Shown here: positions 42,001 to 56,243 of the stretch, one piece after another
How the letters are laid out: each line of letters begins with the position of its first letter
How positions within the stretch are numbered: position 1 is the first letter of the stretch
From: Auanema rhodensis
Lineage: Eukaryota; Animalia; Nematoda
Direction: 5' to 3'
DNA: 64,000 nt
NCBI GenBank assembly: GCA_964057225.1
Contig: OZ059898.1
Span: forward strand, 18,910,001-18,974,000
The notes under the pieces: model-generated
Database searches by the model: none
The model's input: only the letters and a program-made list of their open reading frames with translations
Told to the model about the DNA's origin: nothing
Position numbers and translations under genes: made by a program

Positions 42001-45000
42001 TTATGCTAATTAAATGTACACGTGATGTGCACTTGGTATGTAACTCGCTTCACGTGAAAGATAAAGAGATGCGGTTGCAAAATTAGATTCCCCATGTCCA
42101 TATTAGTCTAAAAACAAATTTTTATTGATATTGGTTCATGGTAACCATGACTTTGAAATTTACGTGAACTTTAATTTATGCTAATTAAATGTACACGTGA
42201 TGTGGACTTGGTATGTAACTCGCTTCACGTGAAAGAAAAAGAGATGCGGTTTCCAAAATTAGATTCCCCATGTCCATATTAGTCTCAAAACAAATTTTTA
42301 TTGATATTGGTTCATGGTAACCATGTCTTTGAAATTTACGTGAACTTTAATTTATGCTAATTAAATGTACACGTGATGTGCACTTGGTATGTAACTCGCT
42401 TCACGTGAAAGATAAAGAGGTGAGGTTTTCAAAATTAGATTCCCCATGTTCATATTAGTCTAAAAACAAATTTTTATTGATATTGGTTCATGGTAACCAT
42501 GACTTTGAAATTTACGTGAACTTTAATTTATGCTAATTAAATGTACACGTGATGTGCACTTGGTATGTAACTCGCTTCACGTGAAAGATAAAGAGATGCG
42601 GTGTTCAAAATTAGATTTCCCATGTCCATATTAGTCGAAAAACGAATTTTTATTGATATTGGTGCATGGTAACCATGACTTTGAAATTTACGTGAACTTT
42701 AATTTATGCTAATTAAATGTACACGTGATGTGCACTTGGTATGTAACTCGCTTCACGTGAAAGATAAAGAGATGCGGTTTTCAAAATTAGATTCCCCATG
42801 TCCATATCAGTCTAAAAACAGATCTTTATTGATATTGGTTCATGGTAACCATGACTTTGAAATTTACGTGAATTTTAATTTATGCTAATTAAATGTACAC
42901 GTGATGTGCACTTGATATGTAACTCGCTTCACGTGAAAGATAAAGAGATGCGGTTTTCGAAATTAGATTCCTCATGTCCATATTAGTCTAAAAACAAATT
43001 TTTATTGATATTGGTTCATGGTAACCATGACTTTGAAATTCACGTGAACTTTAATTTATGCTAATTAAATGTGCACGTGATGTGCACTTGGTATGTAACT
43101 CGCTTCACGTGAAAGATAAAGAGATGTGGTTTTCAAAATTAGATTCCCCATGTCCATATTAGTCTAAAAACAGATTTTTATTGATATTGGTTCATGGTAA
43201 CCATGTCTTTGAAATTTACGTGAACTTTAATTCATGCTAATTAAATGTACACGTGATGTGCACTTGGTATGTAACTCGCTTCACGTGAAAGATAAAGAGA
43301 TGCGGTTGCAAAATTAGATTCCCCATGTCCATATTAGTCTAAAAACAAATTTTTATTGATATTGGTTCATGGTAACCATGACTTTGAAATTTACGTGAAC
43401 TTTAATTTATGCTAATTAAATGTACACGTGATGTGGACTTGGTATGTAACTCGCTTCACGTGAAAGAAAAAGAGATGCGGTTTTCAAAATTAGATTCCCC
43501 ATGTCCATATTAGTCTCAAAACAAATTTTTATTGATATTGGTTCATGGTAACCATGTCTTTGAAATTTACGTGAACTTTAATTTATGCTAATTAAATGTA
43601 CACGTGATGTGCACTTGGTATGTAACTCGCTTCACGTGAAAGATAAAGAGGTGAGGTTTTCAAAATTAGATTCCCCATGTTCATATTAGTCTAAAAACAA
43701 ATTTTTATTGATATTGGTTCATGGTAACCATGACTTTGAAATTTACGTGAACTTTAATTTATGCTAATTAAATGTACACGTGATGTGCACTTGGTATGTA
43801 ACTCGCTTCACGTGAAAGATAAAGAGATGCGGTTTTCAAAATTAGATTCCCCATGTCCATATTAGTCTAAAAACAAATTTTTATTGTTATTGGTGCATGG
43901 TAACCATGACTTTGAAATTTACGTGAACTTTAATTTATGCTAATTAAATGTACACGTGATGTGCACTTGGTATGTAACTCGCTTCACGTGAAAGATAAAG
44001 AGATGCGGTTTTCAAAATTAGATTCCCCATGTCCATATTAGTCTAAAAACAAATTTTTATTGATATTGGTTCATGGTAACCATGACTTTGAAATTTACGT
44101 GAACTTTAATTTATGCTAATTAAATGTACACGTGATGTGCACTTGGTATGTAACTCGCTGCACGTGAAAGATAAAGAGATGCGGTTTTCAAAATTAGATT
44201 CCTCATGTCCATATTAGTCTAAAAACAAATTTTTATTGATATTGGTTCATGGTAACCATGTCTTTGAAATTTACGTGAACTTTAATTTAAGTTAATTAAA
44301 TGTACACGTGATGTGCACTTGGTATGTAACTCGCTTCACGTGAAAGATAAAGAGATGCGGTTTTCGAAAATGGATTCCCCATGTCCATATTAGTCTAAAA
44401 ACAAATTTTTATTGATATTGGTTCATGGTAACCATGACTTTGAAATTTACGTGAACTTTAATTTATGCTAATTAAATGTACACGTGATGTGCACTTGGTA
44501 TGTAACTCGCTTCACGTGAAAGATAAAGAGATGCGGTTTTCGAAATTAGATTCCCCATGTCCATATTAGTCTAAAAACAAATTTTTATTGATATTGGTTC
44601 ATGGTAACCATGTCTTTGAAAATTACGTGAACTTTAATTTATGCTAATTAAATGTACACGTGATGTGCACTTGGTATGTAACTCGCTTCACGTGAAAGAT
44701 AAAGAGATGCGGTTTTCGAAATTAGATTCCCCATGTCCATATTAGTCTAAAAACAAATTTTTATTGATATTGGTTCATGGTAACCATGACTTTGAAATTC
44801 ACATGAACTTTAATTTATGCTAATTAAATGTGCACGTGATGTGCACTTGGTATGTAACTCGCTTCACGTGAAAGATAAAGAGATGCGGTTTTCGAAATTA
44901 GATTCCTCATGTCCATATTAGTCTAAAAACAAATTTTTATTGATATTGGTTCATGGTAACCATGACTTTGAAATTCACGTGAACTTTAATTTATGCTAAT

Positions 45001-48000
45001 TAAATGTGCACGTGATGTGCACTTGGTATGTAACTCGCTTCACGTGAAAGATAAAGAGATGTGGTTTTCAAAATTAGATTCCCCATGTCCATATTAGTCT
45101 AAAAACAGATTTTTATTGATATTGGTTCATGGTAACCATGTCTTTGAAATTTACGTGAACTTTAATTCATGCTAATTAAATGTACACGTGATGTGCACTT
45201 GGTATGTAACTCGCTTCACGTGAAAGATAAAGAGATGCGGTTGCAAAATTAGATTCCCCATGTCCATATTAGTCTAAAAACAAATTTTTATTGATATTGG
45301 TTCATGGTAACCATGACTTTGAAATTTACGTGAACTTTAATTTATGCTAATTAAATGTACACGTGATGTGCACTTGATATGTAACTCGCTTCACGTGAAA
45401 GATAAAGAGATGCGGTTTTCGAAATTAGATTCCTCATGTCCATATCAGTCTAAAAACAGATCTTTATTGATATTGGTTCATGGTAACCATGACTTTGAAA
45501 TTTACGTGAACTTTAATTTATGCTAATTAAATGTACACGTAATGTGCACTTGGTATGTAACTCGCTTCACGTGAAAAATAAAGAGATGCGGTTTTCAAAA
45601 TTAGATTCCCCATGTCCATATTAGTCTAAAAACAGATTTTTATTGATATTGGTTCATGGTAACCATGTCTTTGAAATTTACGTGAACTTTAATTCATGCT
45701 AATTAAATGTACACGTGATGTGCACTTGGTATGTAACTCGCTTCACGTGAAAGATAAAGAGATGTGGTTGCAAAATTAGATTCCCCATGTCCATATTAGT
45801 CTAAAAACAAATTTTTATTGATATTGGTTCATGGTAACCATGACTTTGAAATTTACGTGAACTTTAATTTATGCTAATTAAATGTACACGTGATGTGCAC
45901 TTGGTATGTAACTCGCTTCACGTGAAAGATAAAGAGATGCGGTTTTCAAAATTAGATTCCCCATGTCCATATTAGTCTCAAAACAAATTTTTATTGATAT
46001 TGGTTCATGGTAACCATGTCTTTGAAATTTACGTGAACTTTAATTTATGCTAATTAAATGTACACGTGATGTGCACTTGGTATGTAACTCGCTTCACGTG
46101 AAAGATAAAGAGATGCGGTGTTCAAAATTAGATTCCCCATGTCCATATTAGTCGAAAAACAAATTTTTATTGATATTGGTGCATGGTAACCATGACTTTG
46201 AAATTTACGTGAACTTTAATTTATGCTAATTAAATGTACACGTGATGTGCACTTGGTATGTAACTCGCTTCACGTGAAAGATAAAGAGATGCGGTTTTCA
46301 AAATTAGATTCCCCATGTCCATATCAGTCTAAAAACAGATCTTTATTGATATTGGTTCATGGTAACCATGACTTTGAAATTTACGTGAATTTTAATTTAT
46401 GCTAATTAAATGTACACGTGATGTGCACTTGATAAGTAACTCGCTTCACGTGAAAGATAAAGAGATGCGGTTTTGGAAATTAGATTCCTCATGTCCATAT
46501 TAGTCTAAAAACAAATTTTTATTGATATTGGTTCATGGTAACCATGACTTTGAAATTCACGTGAACTTTAATTTATGCTAATTAAATGTACACGTGATGT
46601 GCACTTGGTATGTAACTCGCTTCACGTGAAAGATAAAGAGATGTGGTTGCAAAATTAGATTCCCCATGTCCATATTAGTCTAAAAACAAATTTTTATTGA
46701 TATTGGTTCATGGTAACCATGACTTTGAAATTTACGTGAACTTTAATTTATGCTAATTAAACGTACACGTGATGTGCACTTGGTATGTAACTCGCTTCAC
46801 GTGAAAGATAAAGAGATGCGGTTTTCAAAATTAGATTCCCCATGTCCATATTAGTCTCAAAACAAATTTTTATTGATATTGGTTCATGGTAACCATGTCT
46901 TTGAAATTTACGTGAACTTTAATTTATGCTAATTAAATGTACACGTGATGTGCACTTGGTATGTAACTCGCTTCACGTGAAAGATAAAGAGATGCGGTGT
47001 TCAAAATTAGATTCCCCATGTCCATATTAGTCGAAAAACAAATTTTTATTGATATTGGTGCATGGTAACCATGACTTTGAAATTTACGTGAACTTTAATT
47101 TATGCTAATTAAATGTACACGTGATGTGCACTTGGTATGTAACTCGCTTCACGTGAAAGATAAAGAGATGCGGTTTTCAAAATTAGATTCCCCATGTCCA
47201 TATCAGTCTAAAAACAGATCTTTATTGATATTGGTTCATGGTAACCATGACTTTGAAATTTACGTGAATTTTAATTTATGCTAATTAAATGTACACGTGA
47301 TGTGCACTTGATATGTAACTCGCTTCACGTGAAAGATAAAGAGATGCGGTTTTCGAAATTAGATTCCTCATGTCCATATTAGTCTAAAAACAAATTTTTA
47401 TTGATATTGGTTCATGGTAACCATGACTTTGAAATTCACGTGAACTTTAATTTATGCTAATTAAATGTGCACGTGATGTGCACTTGGTATGTAACTCGCT
47501 TCACGTGAAAGATAAAGAGATGTGGTTTTCAAAATTAGATTCCCCATGTCCATATTAGTCTAAAAACAGATTTTTATTGATATTGGTTCATGGTAACCAT
47601 GTCTTTGAAATTTACGTTAACTTTAATTCATGCTAATTAAATGTACACGTGATGTGCACTTGGTATGTAACTCGCTTCACGTGAAAGATAAAGAGATGCG
47701 GTTGCAAAATTAGATTCCCCATGTCCATATTAGTCTAAAAACAAATTTTTATTGATATTGGTTCATGGTAACCATGACTTTGAAATTTACGTGAACTTTA
47801 ATTTATGCTAATTAAATGTACACGTGATGTGGACTTGGTATGTAACTCGCTTCACGTGAAAGAAAAAGAGATGCGGTTTCCAAAATTAGATTCCCCATGT
47901 CCATATTAGTCTCAAAACAAATTTTTATTGATATTGGTTCATGGTAACCATGTCTTTGAAATTTACGTGAACTTTAATTTATGCTAATTAAATGTACACG

Positions 48001-50970
48001 TGATGTGCACTTGGTATGTAACTCGCTTCACGTGAAAGATAAAGAGGTGAGGTTTTCAAAATTAGATTCCCCATGTTCATATTAGTCTAAAAACAAATTT
48101 TTATTGATATTGGTTCATGGTAACCATGACTTTGAAATTTACGTGAACTTTAATTTATGCTAATTAAATGTACACGTGATGTGCACTTGGTATGTAACTC
48201 GCTTCACGTGAAAGATAAAGAGATGCGGTGTTCAAAATTAGATTCCCCATGTCCATATTAGTCGAAAAACGAATTTTTATTGATATTGGTGCATGGTAAC
48301 CATGACTTTGAAATTTACGTGAACTTTAATTTATGCTAATTAAATGTACACGTGATGTGCACTTGGTATGTAACTCGCTTCACGTGAAAGATAAAGAGAT
48401 GCGGTTTTCAAAATTAGATTCCCCATGTCCATATCAGTCTAAAAACAGATCTTTATTGATATTGGTTCATGGTAACCATGACTTTGAAATTTACGTGAAT
48501 TTTAATTTATGCTAATTAAATGTACACGTGATGTGCACTTGATATGTAACTCGCTTCACGTGAAAGATAAAGAGATGCGGTTTTCGAAATTAGATTCCTC
48601 ATGTCCATATTAGTCTAAAAACAAATTTTTATTGATATTGGTTCATGGTAACCATGACTTTGAAATTCACGTGAACTTTAATTTATGCTAATTAAATGTG
48701 CACGTGATGTGCACTTGGTATGTAACTCGCTTCACGTGAAAGATAAAGAGATGTGGTTTTCAAAATTAGATTCCCCATGTCCATATTAGTCTAAAAACAG
48801 ATTTTTATTGATATTGGTTCATGGTAACCATGTCTTTGAAATTTACGTGAACTTTAATTCATGCTAATTAAATGTACACGTGATGTGCACTTGGTATGTA
48901 ACTCGCTTCACGTGAAAGATAAAGAGATGCGGTTGCAAAATTAGATTCCCCATGTCCATATTAGTCTAAAAACAAATTTTTATTGATATTGGTTCATGGT
49001 AACCATGACTTTGAAATTTACGTGAACTTTAATTTATGCTAATTAAATGTACACGTGATGTGGACTTGGTATGTAACTCGCTTCACGTGAAAGAAAAAGA
49101 GATGCGGTTTCCAAAATTAGATTCCCCATGTCCATATTAGTCTCAAAACAAATTTTTATTGATATTGGTTCATGGTAACCATGTCTTTGAAATTTACGTG
49201 AACTTTAATTTATGCTAATTAAATGTACACGTGATGTGCACTTGGTATGTAACTCGCTTCACGTGAAAGATAAAGAGGTGAGGTTTTCAAAATTAGATTC
49301 CCCATGTTCATATTAGTCTAAAAACAAATTTTTATTGATATTGGTTCATGGTAACCATGACTTTGAAATTTACGTGAACTTTAATTTATGCTAATTAAAT
49401 GTACACGTGATGTGCACTTGGTATGTAACTCGCTTCACGTGAAAGATAAAGAGATGCGGTTTTCAAAATTAGATTCCCCATGTCCATATTAGTCTAAAAA
49501 CAAATTTTTATTGTTATTGGTGCATGGTAACCATGACTTTGAAATTTACGTGAACTTTAATTTATGCTAATTAAATGTACACGTGATGTGCACTTGGTAT
49601 GTAACTCGCTTCACGTGAAAGATAAAGAGATGCGGTTTTCAAAATTAGATTCCCCATGTCCATATTAGTCTAAAAACAAATTTTTATTGATATTGGTTCA
49701 TGGTAACCATGACTTTGAAATTTACGTGAACTTTAATTTATGCTAATTAAATGTACACGTGATGTGCACTTGGTATGTAACTCGCTGCACGTGAAAGATA
49801 AAGAGATGCGGTTTTCAAAATTAGATTCCTCATGTCCATATTAGTCTAAAAACAAATTTTTATTGATATTGGTTCATGGTAACCATGTCTTTGAAATTTA
49901 CGTGAACTTTAATTTAAGTTAATTAAATGTACACGTGATGTGCACTTGGTATGTAACTCGCTTCACGTGAAAGATAAAGAGATGCGGTTTTCGAAAATGG
50001 ATTCCCCATGTCCATATTAGTCTAAAAACAAATTTTTATTGATATTGGTTCATGGTAACCATGACTTTGAAATTTACGTGAACTTTAATTTATGCTAATT
50101 AAATGTACACGTGATGTGCACTTGGTATGTAACTCGCTTCACGTGAAAGATAAAGAGATGCGGTTTTCGAAATTAGATTCCCCATGTCCATATTAGTCTA
50201 AAAACAAATTTTTATTGATATTGGTTCATGGTAACCATGTCTTTGAAAATTACGTGAACTTTAATTTATGCTAATTAAATGTACACGTGATGTGCACTTG
50301 GTATGTAACTCGCTTCACGTGAAAGATAAAGAGATGCGGTTTTCGAAATTAGATTCCCCATGTCCATATTAGTCTAAAAACAAATTTTTATTGATATTGG
50401 TTCATGGTAACCATGACTTTGAAATTCACATGAACTTTAATTTATGCTAATTAAATGTGCACGTGATGTGCACTTGGTATGTAACTCGCTTCACGTGAAA
50501 GATAAAGAGATGCGGTTTTCGAAATTAGATTCCTCATGTCCATATTAGTCTAAAAACAAATTTTTATTGATATTGGTTCATGGTAACCATGACTTTGAAA
50601 TTCACGTGAACTTTAATTTATGCTAATTAAATGTGCACGTGATGTGCACTTGGTATGTAACTCGCTTCACGTGAAAGATAAAGAGATGTGGTTTTCAAAA
50701 TTAGATTCCCCATGTCCATATTAGTCTAAAAACAGATTTTTATTGATATTGGTTCATGGTAACCATGTCTTTGAAATTTACGTGAACTTTAATTCATGCT
50801 AATTAAATGTACACGTGATGTGCACTTGGTATGTAACTCGCTTCACGTGAAAGATAAAGAGATGCGGTTGCAAAATTAGATTCCCCATGTCCATATTAGT
50901 CTAAAAACAAATTTTTATTGATATTGGTTCATGGTAACCATGACTTTGAAATTTACGTGAACTTTAATTT
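39014..50970. repeat. Large tandem duplication: 36-mer (39014-45343, 6330 bp) and 32-mer (45344-50970, 5627 bp)
   Basis: ORF-track markers 39014/45344, 39893/46223 and 40772/47102 are offset by 6330 (36x176-6; six GGTTGCAAAA deletion monomers counted). Markers 42706/48333 and CTCGCTG 44154/49781 are offset by 5627 (6330-703). Confidence 0.9.
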
Positions 50971-52450
50971 ATGCTAATTAAATGTACACGTGATGTGGAC
51001 TTGGTATGTAACTCGCTTCACGTGAAAGAAAAAGAGATGCGGTTTCCAAAATTAGATTCCCCATGTCCATATTAGTCTCAAAACAAATTTTTATTGATAT
51101 TGGTTCATGGTAACCATGTCTTTGAAATTTACGTGAACTTTAATTTATGCTAATTAAATGTACACGTGATGTGCACTTGGTATGTAACTCGCTTCACGTG
51201 AAAGATAAAGAGGTGAGGTTTTCAAAATTAGATTCCCCATGTTCATATTAGTCTAAAAACAAATTTTTATTGATATTGGTTCATGGTAACCATGACTTTG
51301 AAATTTACGTGAACTTTAATTTATGCTAATTAAATGTACACGTGATGTGCACTTGGTATGTAACTCGCTTCACGTGAAAGATAAAGAGATGCGGTTTTCA
51401 AAATTAGATTCCCCATGTCCATATTAGTCTAAAAACAAATTTTTATTGTTATTGGTGCATGGTAACCATGACTTTGAAATTTACGTGAACTTTAATTTAT
51501 GCTAATTAAATGTACACGTGATGTGCACTTGGTATGTAACTCGCTTCACGTGAAAGATAAAGAGATGCGGTTTTCAAAATTAGATTCCCCATGTCCATAT
51601 TAGTCTAAAAACAAATTTTTATTGATATTGGTTCATGGTAACCATGACTTTGAAATTTACGTGAACTTTAATTTATGCTAATTAAATGTACACGTGATGT
51701 GCACTTGGTATGTAACTCGCTGCACGTGAAAGATAAAGAGATGCGGTTTTCAAAATTAGATTCCTCATGTCCATATTAGTCTAAAAACAAATTTTTATTG
51801 ATATTGGTTCATGGTAACCATGTCTTTGAAATTTACGTGAACTTTAATTTAAGTTAATTAAATGTACACGTGATGTGCACTTGGTATGTAACTCGCTTCA
51901 CGTGAAAGATAAAGAGATGCGGTTTTCGAAAATGGATTCCCCATGTCCATATTAGTCTAAAAACAAATTTTTATTGATATTGGTTCATGGTAACCATGAC
52001 TTTGAAATTTACGTGAACTTTAATTTATGCTAATTAAATGTACACGTGATGTGCACTTGGTATGTAACTCGCTTCACGTGAAAGATAAAGAGATGCGGTT
52101 TTCGAAATTAGATTCCCCATGTCCATATTAGTCTAAAAACAAATTTTTATTGATATTGGTTCATGGTAACCATGTCTTTGAAAATTACGTGAACTTTAAT
52201 TTATGCTAATTAAATGTACACGTGATGTGCACTTGGTATGTAACTCGCTTCACGTGAAAGATAAAGAGATGCGGTTTTCGAAATTAGATTCCCCATGTCC
52301 ATATTAGTCTAAAAACAAATTTTTATTGATATTGGTTCATGGTAACCATGACTTTGAAATTCACATGAACTTTAATTTATGCTAATTAAATGTGCACGTG
52401 ATGTGCACTTGGTATGTAACTCGCTTCACGTGAAAGATAAAGAGATGCGG
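48509..52450. repeat. 11-monomer (1935 bp) duplication overlapping the end of the 32-mer
   Basis: CTCGCTGCAC 49781/51716. TTTAAGTT, AAAATGGATT and TTCACATG alleles recur at the same offset. Confidence 0.82.
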
Positions 52451-52729
52451 TTGCAAAATTAGATTCCCTATGTCCATATTAGTCTAAAAACAAATTTTTA
52501 TTGTTATTGGTGCATGGTAACCATGACTTTGAAATTTACGTTAACTTTAATTTATGCTAATTAAATGTACACGTGATGTGCACTTGGTATGTAACTCGCT
52601 TCACGTGAAAGATAAAATGATGAGGTTTTCAAAATTAGATTCCCCATGTCCATATTAGTCTAAAAACAGATTTTTATTGATATTGGTTCATGGTAACCAT
52701 GTCTTTGAAATTTACGTGAACTTTAATTT

Positions 52730-55700
52730 ATGCTAATTAAATGTACACGTGATGTGCACTTGGTATGTAACTCGCTTCACGTGAAAGATAAAGAGATGCG
52801 GTTTTCAAAATTAGATTCCTCATGTCCATATTAGTCTAAAAACAAATTTTTATTGATATTGGTTCATGGTAACCATGTCTTTGAAAATTACGTGAACTTT
52901 AATTTATGCTAATTAAATGTACACGTGATGTGCACTTGGTATGTAACTCGCTTCACGTGAAAGATAAAGAGATGCGGTTTTCAAAATTAGATTCCCCATG
53001 TCCATATTAGTCTAAAAACAGATTTTTATTGATATTGGTTCATGGTAACCATGTCTTTGAAATTTACGTGAACTTTAATTTATGCTAACTAAATGTACAC
53101 GTGATGTGCACTTGGTATGTAACTCGCTTCACGTGAAAGATAAAGAGATGCGGTTTTCAAAATTAGATTCCCCATGTCCATATCAGTCTAAAAACAGATT
53201 TTTATTGATATTGGTTCATGGTAACCATGTCTTTGAAATTTACGTGAACTTTAATTCATGCTAATTAAATGTACACGTGATGTGCACTTGGTATGTAACT
53301 CGCTTCACGTGAAAGATAAAGAGATGTGGTTGCAAAATTAGATTCCCCATGTCCATATTAGTCTAAAAACAAATTTTTATTGATATTGGTTCATGGTAAC
53401 CATGTCTTTGAAATTTACGTGAACTTTAATTCATGCTAATTAAATGTACACGTGATGTGCACTTGGTATGTAACTCGCTTCACGTGAAAGATAAAGAGAT
53501 GCGGTTTTCAAAATTAGATTCCCCATGTCCATATTAGTCTCAAAACAAATTTTTATTGATATTGGTTCATGGTAACCATGTCTTTGAAATTTACGTGAAC
53601 TTTAATTCATGCTAATTAAATGTACACGTGATGTGCACTTGGTATGTAACTCGCTTCACGTGAAAGATAAAGAGATGCGGTTGCAAAATTAGATTCCCCA
53701 TGTCCATATTAGTCTAAAAACAAATTTTTATTGATATTGGTTCATGGTAACCATGACTTTGAAATTTACGTGAACTTTAATTTATGCTAATTAAATGTAC
53801 ACGTGATGTGGACTTGGTATGTAACTCGCTTCACGTGAAAGAAAAAGAGATGCGGTTTCCAAAATTAGATTCCCCATGTCCATATTAGTCTCAAAACAAA
53901 TTTTTATTGATATTGGTTCATGGTAACCATGTCTTTGAAATTTACGTGAACTTTAATTTATGCTAATTAAATGTACACGTGATGTGCACTTGGTATGTAA
54001 CTCGCTTCACGTGAAAGATAAAGAGATGAGGTTTTCAAAATTAGATTCCCCATGTCCATATTAGTCTAAAAACAAATTTTTATTGATATTGGTTCATGGT
54101 AACCATGACTTTGAAATTTACGTTAACTTTAATTTATGCTAATTAAATGTACACGTGATGTGCACTTGGTATGTAACTCGCTTCACGTGAAAGATAAAGA
54201 GATGCGGTTGCAAAATTAGATTCCCTATGTCCATATTAGTCTAAAAACAAATTTTTATTGTTATTGGTGCATGGTAACCATGACTTTGAAATTTACGTGA
54301 ACTTTAATTTATGCTAATTAAATGTACACGTGATGTGCACTTGGTATGTAACTCGCTTCACGTGAAAGATAAAGAGATGCGGTTTTCAAAATTAGATTCC
54401 CCATGTCCATATTAGTCTAAAAACAAATTTTTATTGATATTGGTTCATGGTAACCATGACTTTGAAATTTACGTTAACTTTAATTTATGCTAATTAAATG
54501 TACACGTGATGTGCACTTGGTATGTAACTCGCTTCACGTGAAAGATAAAGAGATGCGGTTTTCAAAATTAGATTCCTCATGTCCATATTAGTCTAAAAAC
54601 AAATTTTTATTGATATTGGTTCATGGTAACCATGTCTTTGAAAATTACGTGAACTTTAATTTATGCTAATTAAATGTACACGTGATGTGCACTTGGTATG
54701 TAACTCGCTTCACGTGAAAGATAAAGAGATGCGGTTTTCAAAATTAGATTCCCCATGTCCATATTAGTCTAAAAACAGATTTTTATTGATATTGGTTCAT
54801 GGTAACCATGTCTTTGAAATTTACGTGAACTTTAATTTATGCTAATTAAATGTACACGTGATGTGCACTTGGTATGTAACTCGCTTCACGTGAAAGATAA
54901 AGAGATGCGGTTTTCAAAATTAGATTCCCCATGTCCATATCAGTCTAAAAACAGATTTTTATTGATATTGGTTCATGGTAACCATGTCTTTGAAATTTAC
55001 GTGAACTTTAATTCATGCTAATTAAATGTACACGTGATGTGCACTTGGTATGTAACTCGCTTCACGTAAAAGATAAAGAGATGTGGTTGCAAAATTAGAT
55101 TCCCCATGTCCATATTAGTCTAAAAACAAATTTTTATTGATATTGGTTCATGGTAACCATGTCTTTGAAATTTACGTGAACTTTAATTCATGCTAATTAA
55201 ATGTACACGTGATGTGCACTTGGTATGTAACTCGCTTCACGTGAAAGATAAAGAGATGCGGTTTTCAAAATTAGATTCCCCATGTCCATATTAGTCTCAA
55301 AACAAATTTTTATTGATATTGGTTCATGGTAACCATGTCTTTGAAATTTACGTGAACTTTAATTCATGCTAATTAAATGTACACGTGATGTGCACTTGGT
55401 ATGTAACTCGCTTCACGTGAAAGATAAAGAGATGCGGTTGCAAAATTAGATTCCCCATGTCCATATTAGTCTAAAAACAAATTTTTATTGATATTGGTTC
55501 ATGGTAACCATGACTTTGAAATTTACGTGAACTTTAATTTATGCTAATTAAATGTACACGTGATGTGGACTTGGTATGTAACTCGCTTCACGTGAAAGAA
55601 AAAGAGATGCGGTTTCCAAATTTAGATTCCCCATGTCCATATTAGTCTCAAAACAAATTTTTATTGATATTGGTTCATGGTAACCATGTCTTTGAAATTT

Positions 55701-56243
55701 ACGTGAACTTTAATTTATGCTAATTAAATGTACACGTGATGTGCACTTGGTATGTAACTCGCTTCACGTGAAAGATAAAGAGATGAGGTTTTCAAAATTA
55801 GATTCCCCATGTCCATATTAGTCTAAAAACAAATTTTTATTGATATTGGTTCATGGTAACCATGTCTTTGAAATTTACGTGAACTTTAATTTATGCTAAT
55901 TAAATGTACACGTGATGTGCACTTGGTATGTAACTCGCTTCACGTGAAAGATAAAGAGATGCGGTTGCAAAATTAGATTCCCTATGTCCATATTAGTCTA
56001 AAAACAAATTTTTATTGTTATTGGTGCATGGTAACCATGACTTTGAAATTTACGTGAACTTTAATTTATGCTAATTAAATGTACACGTGATGTGCACTTG
56101 GTATGTAACTCGCTTCACGTGAAAGATAAAGAGATGCGGTTTTCAAAATTAGATTCCCCATGTCCATATTAGTCTAAAAACAGATTTTTATTGATATTGG
56201 TTCATGGTAACCATGACTTTGAAATTTACGTGAACTTTAATTT
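52730..56243. repeat. 10-monomer (1757 bp) imperfect tandem duplication
   Basis: ORF markers 53082/54839 (10x176-3; three deletion monomers at ~53329, 53680, 54207), with a shared order of variant monomers. Confidence 0.8.
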
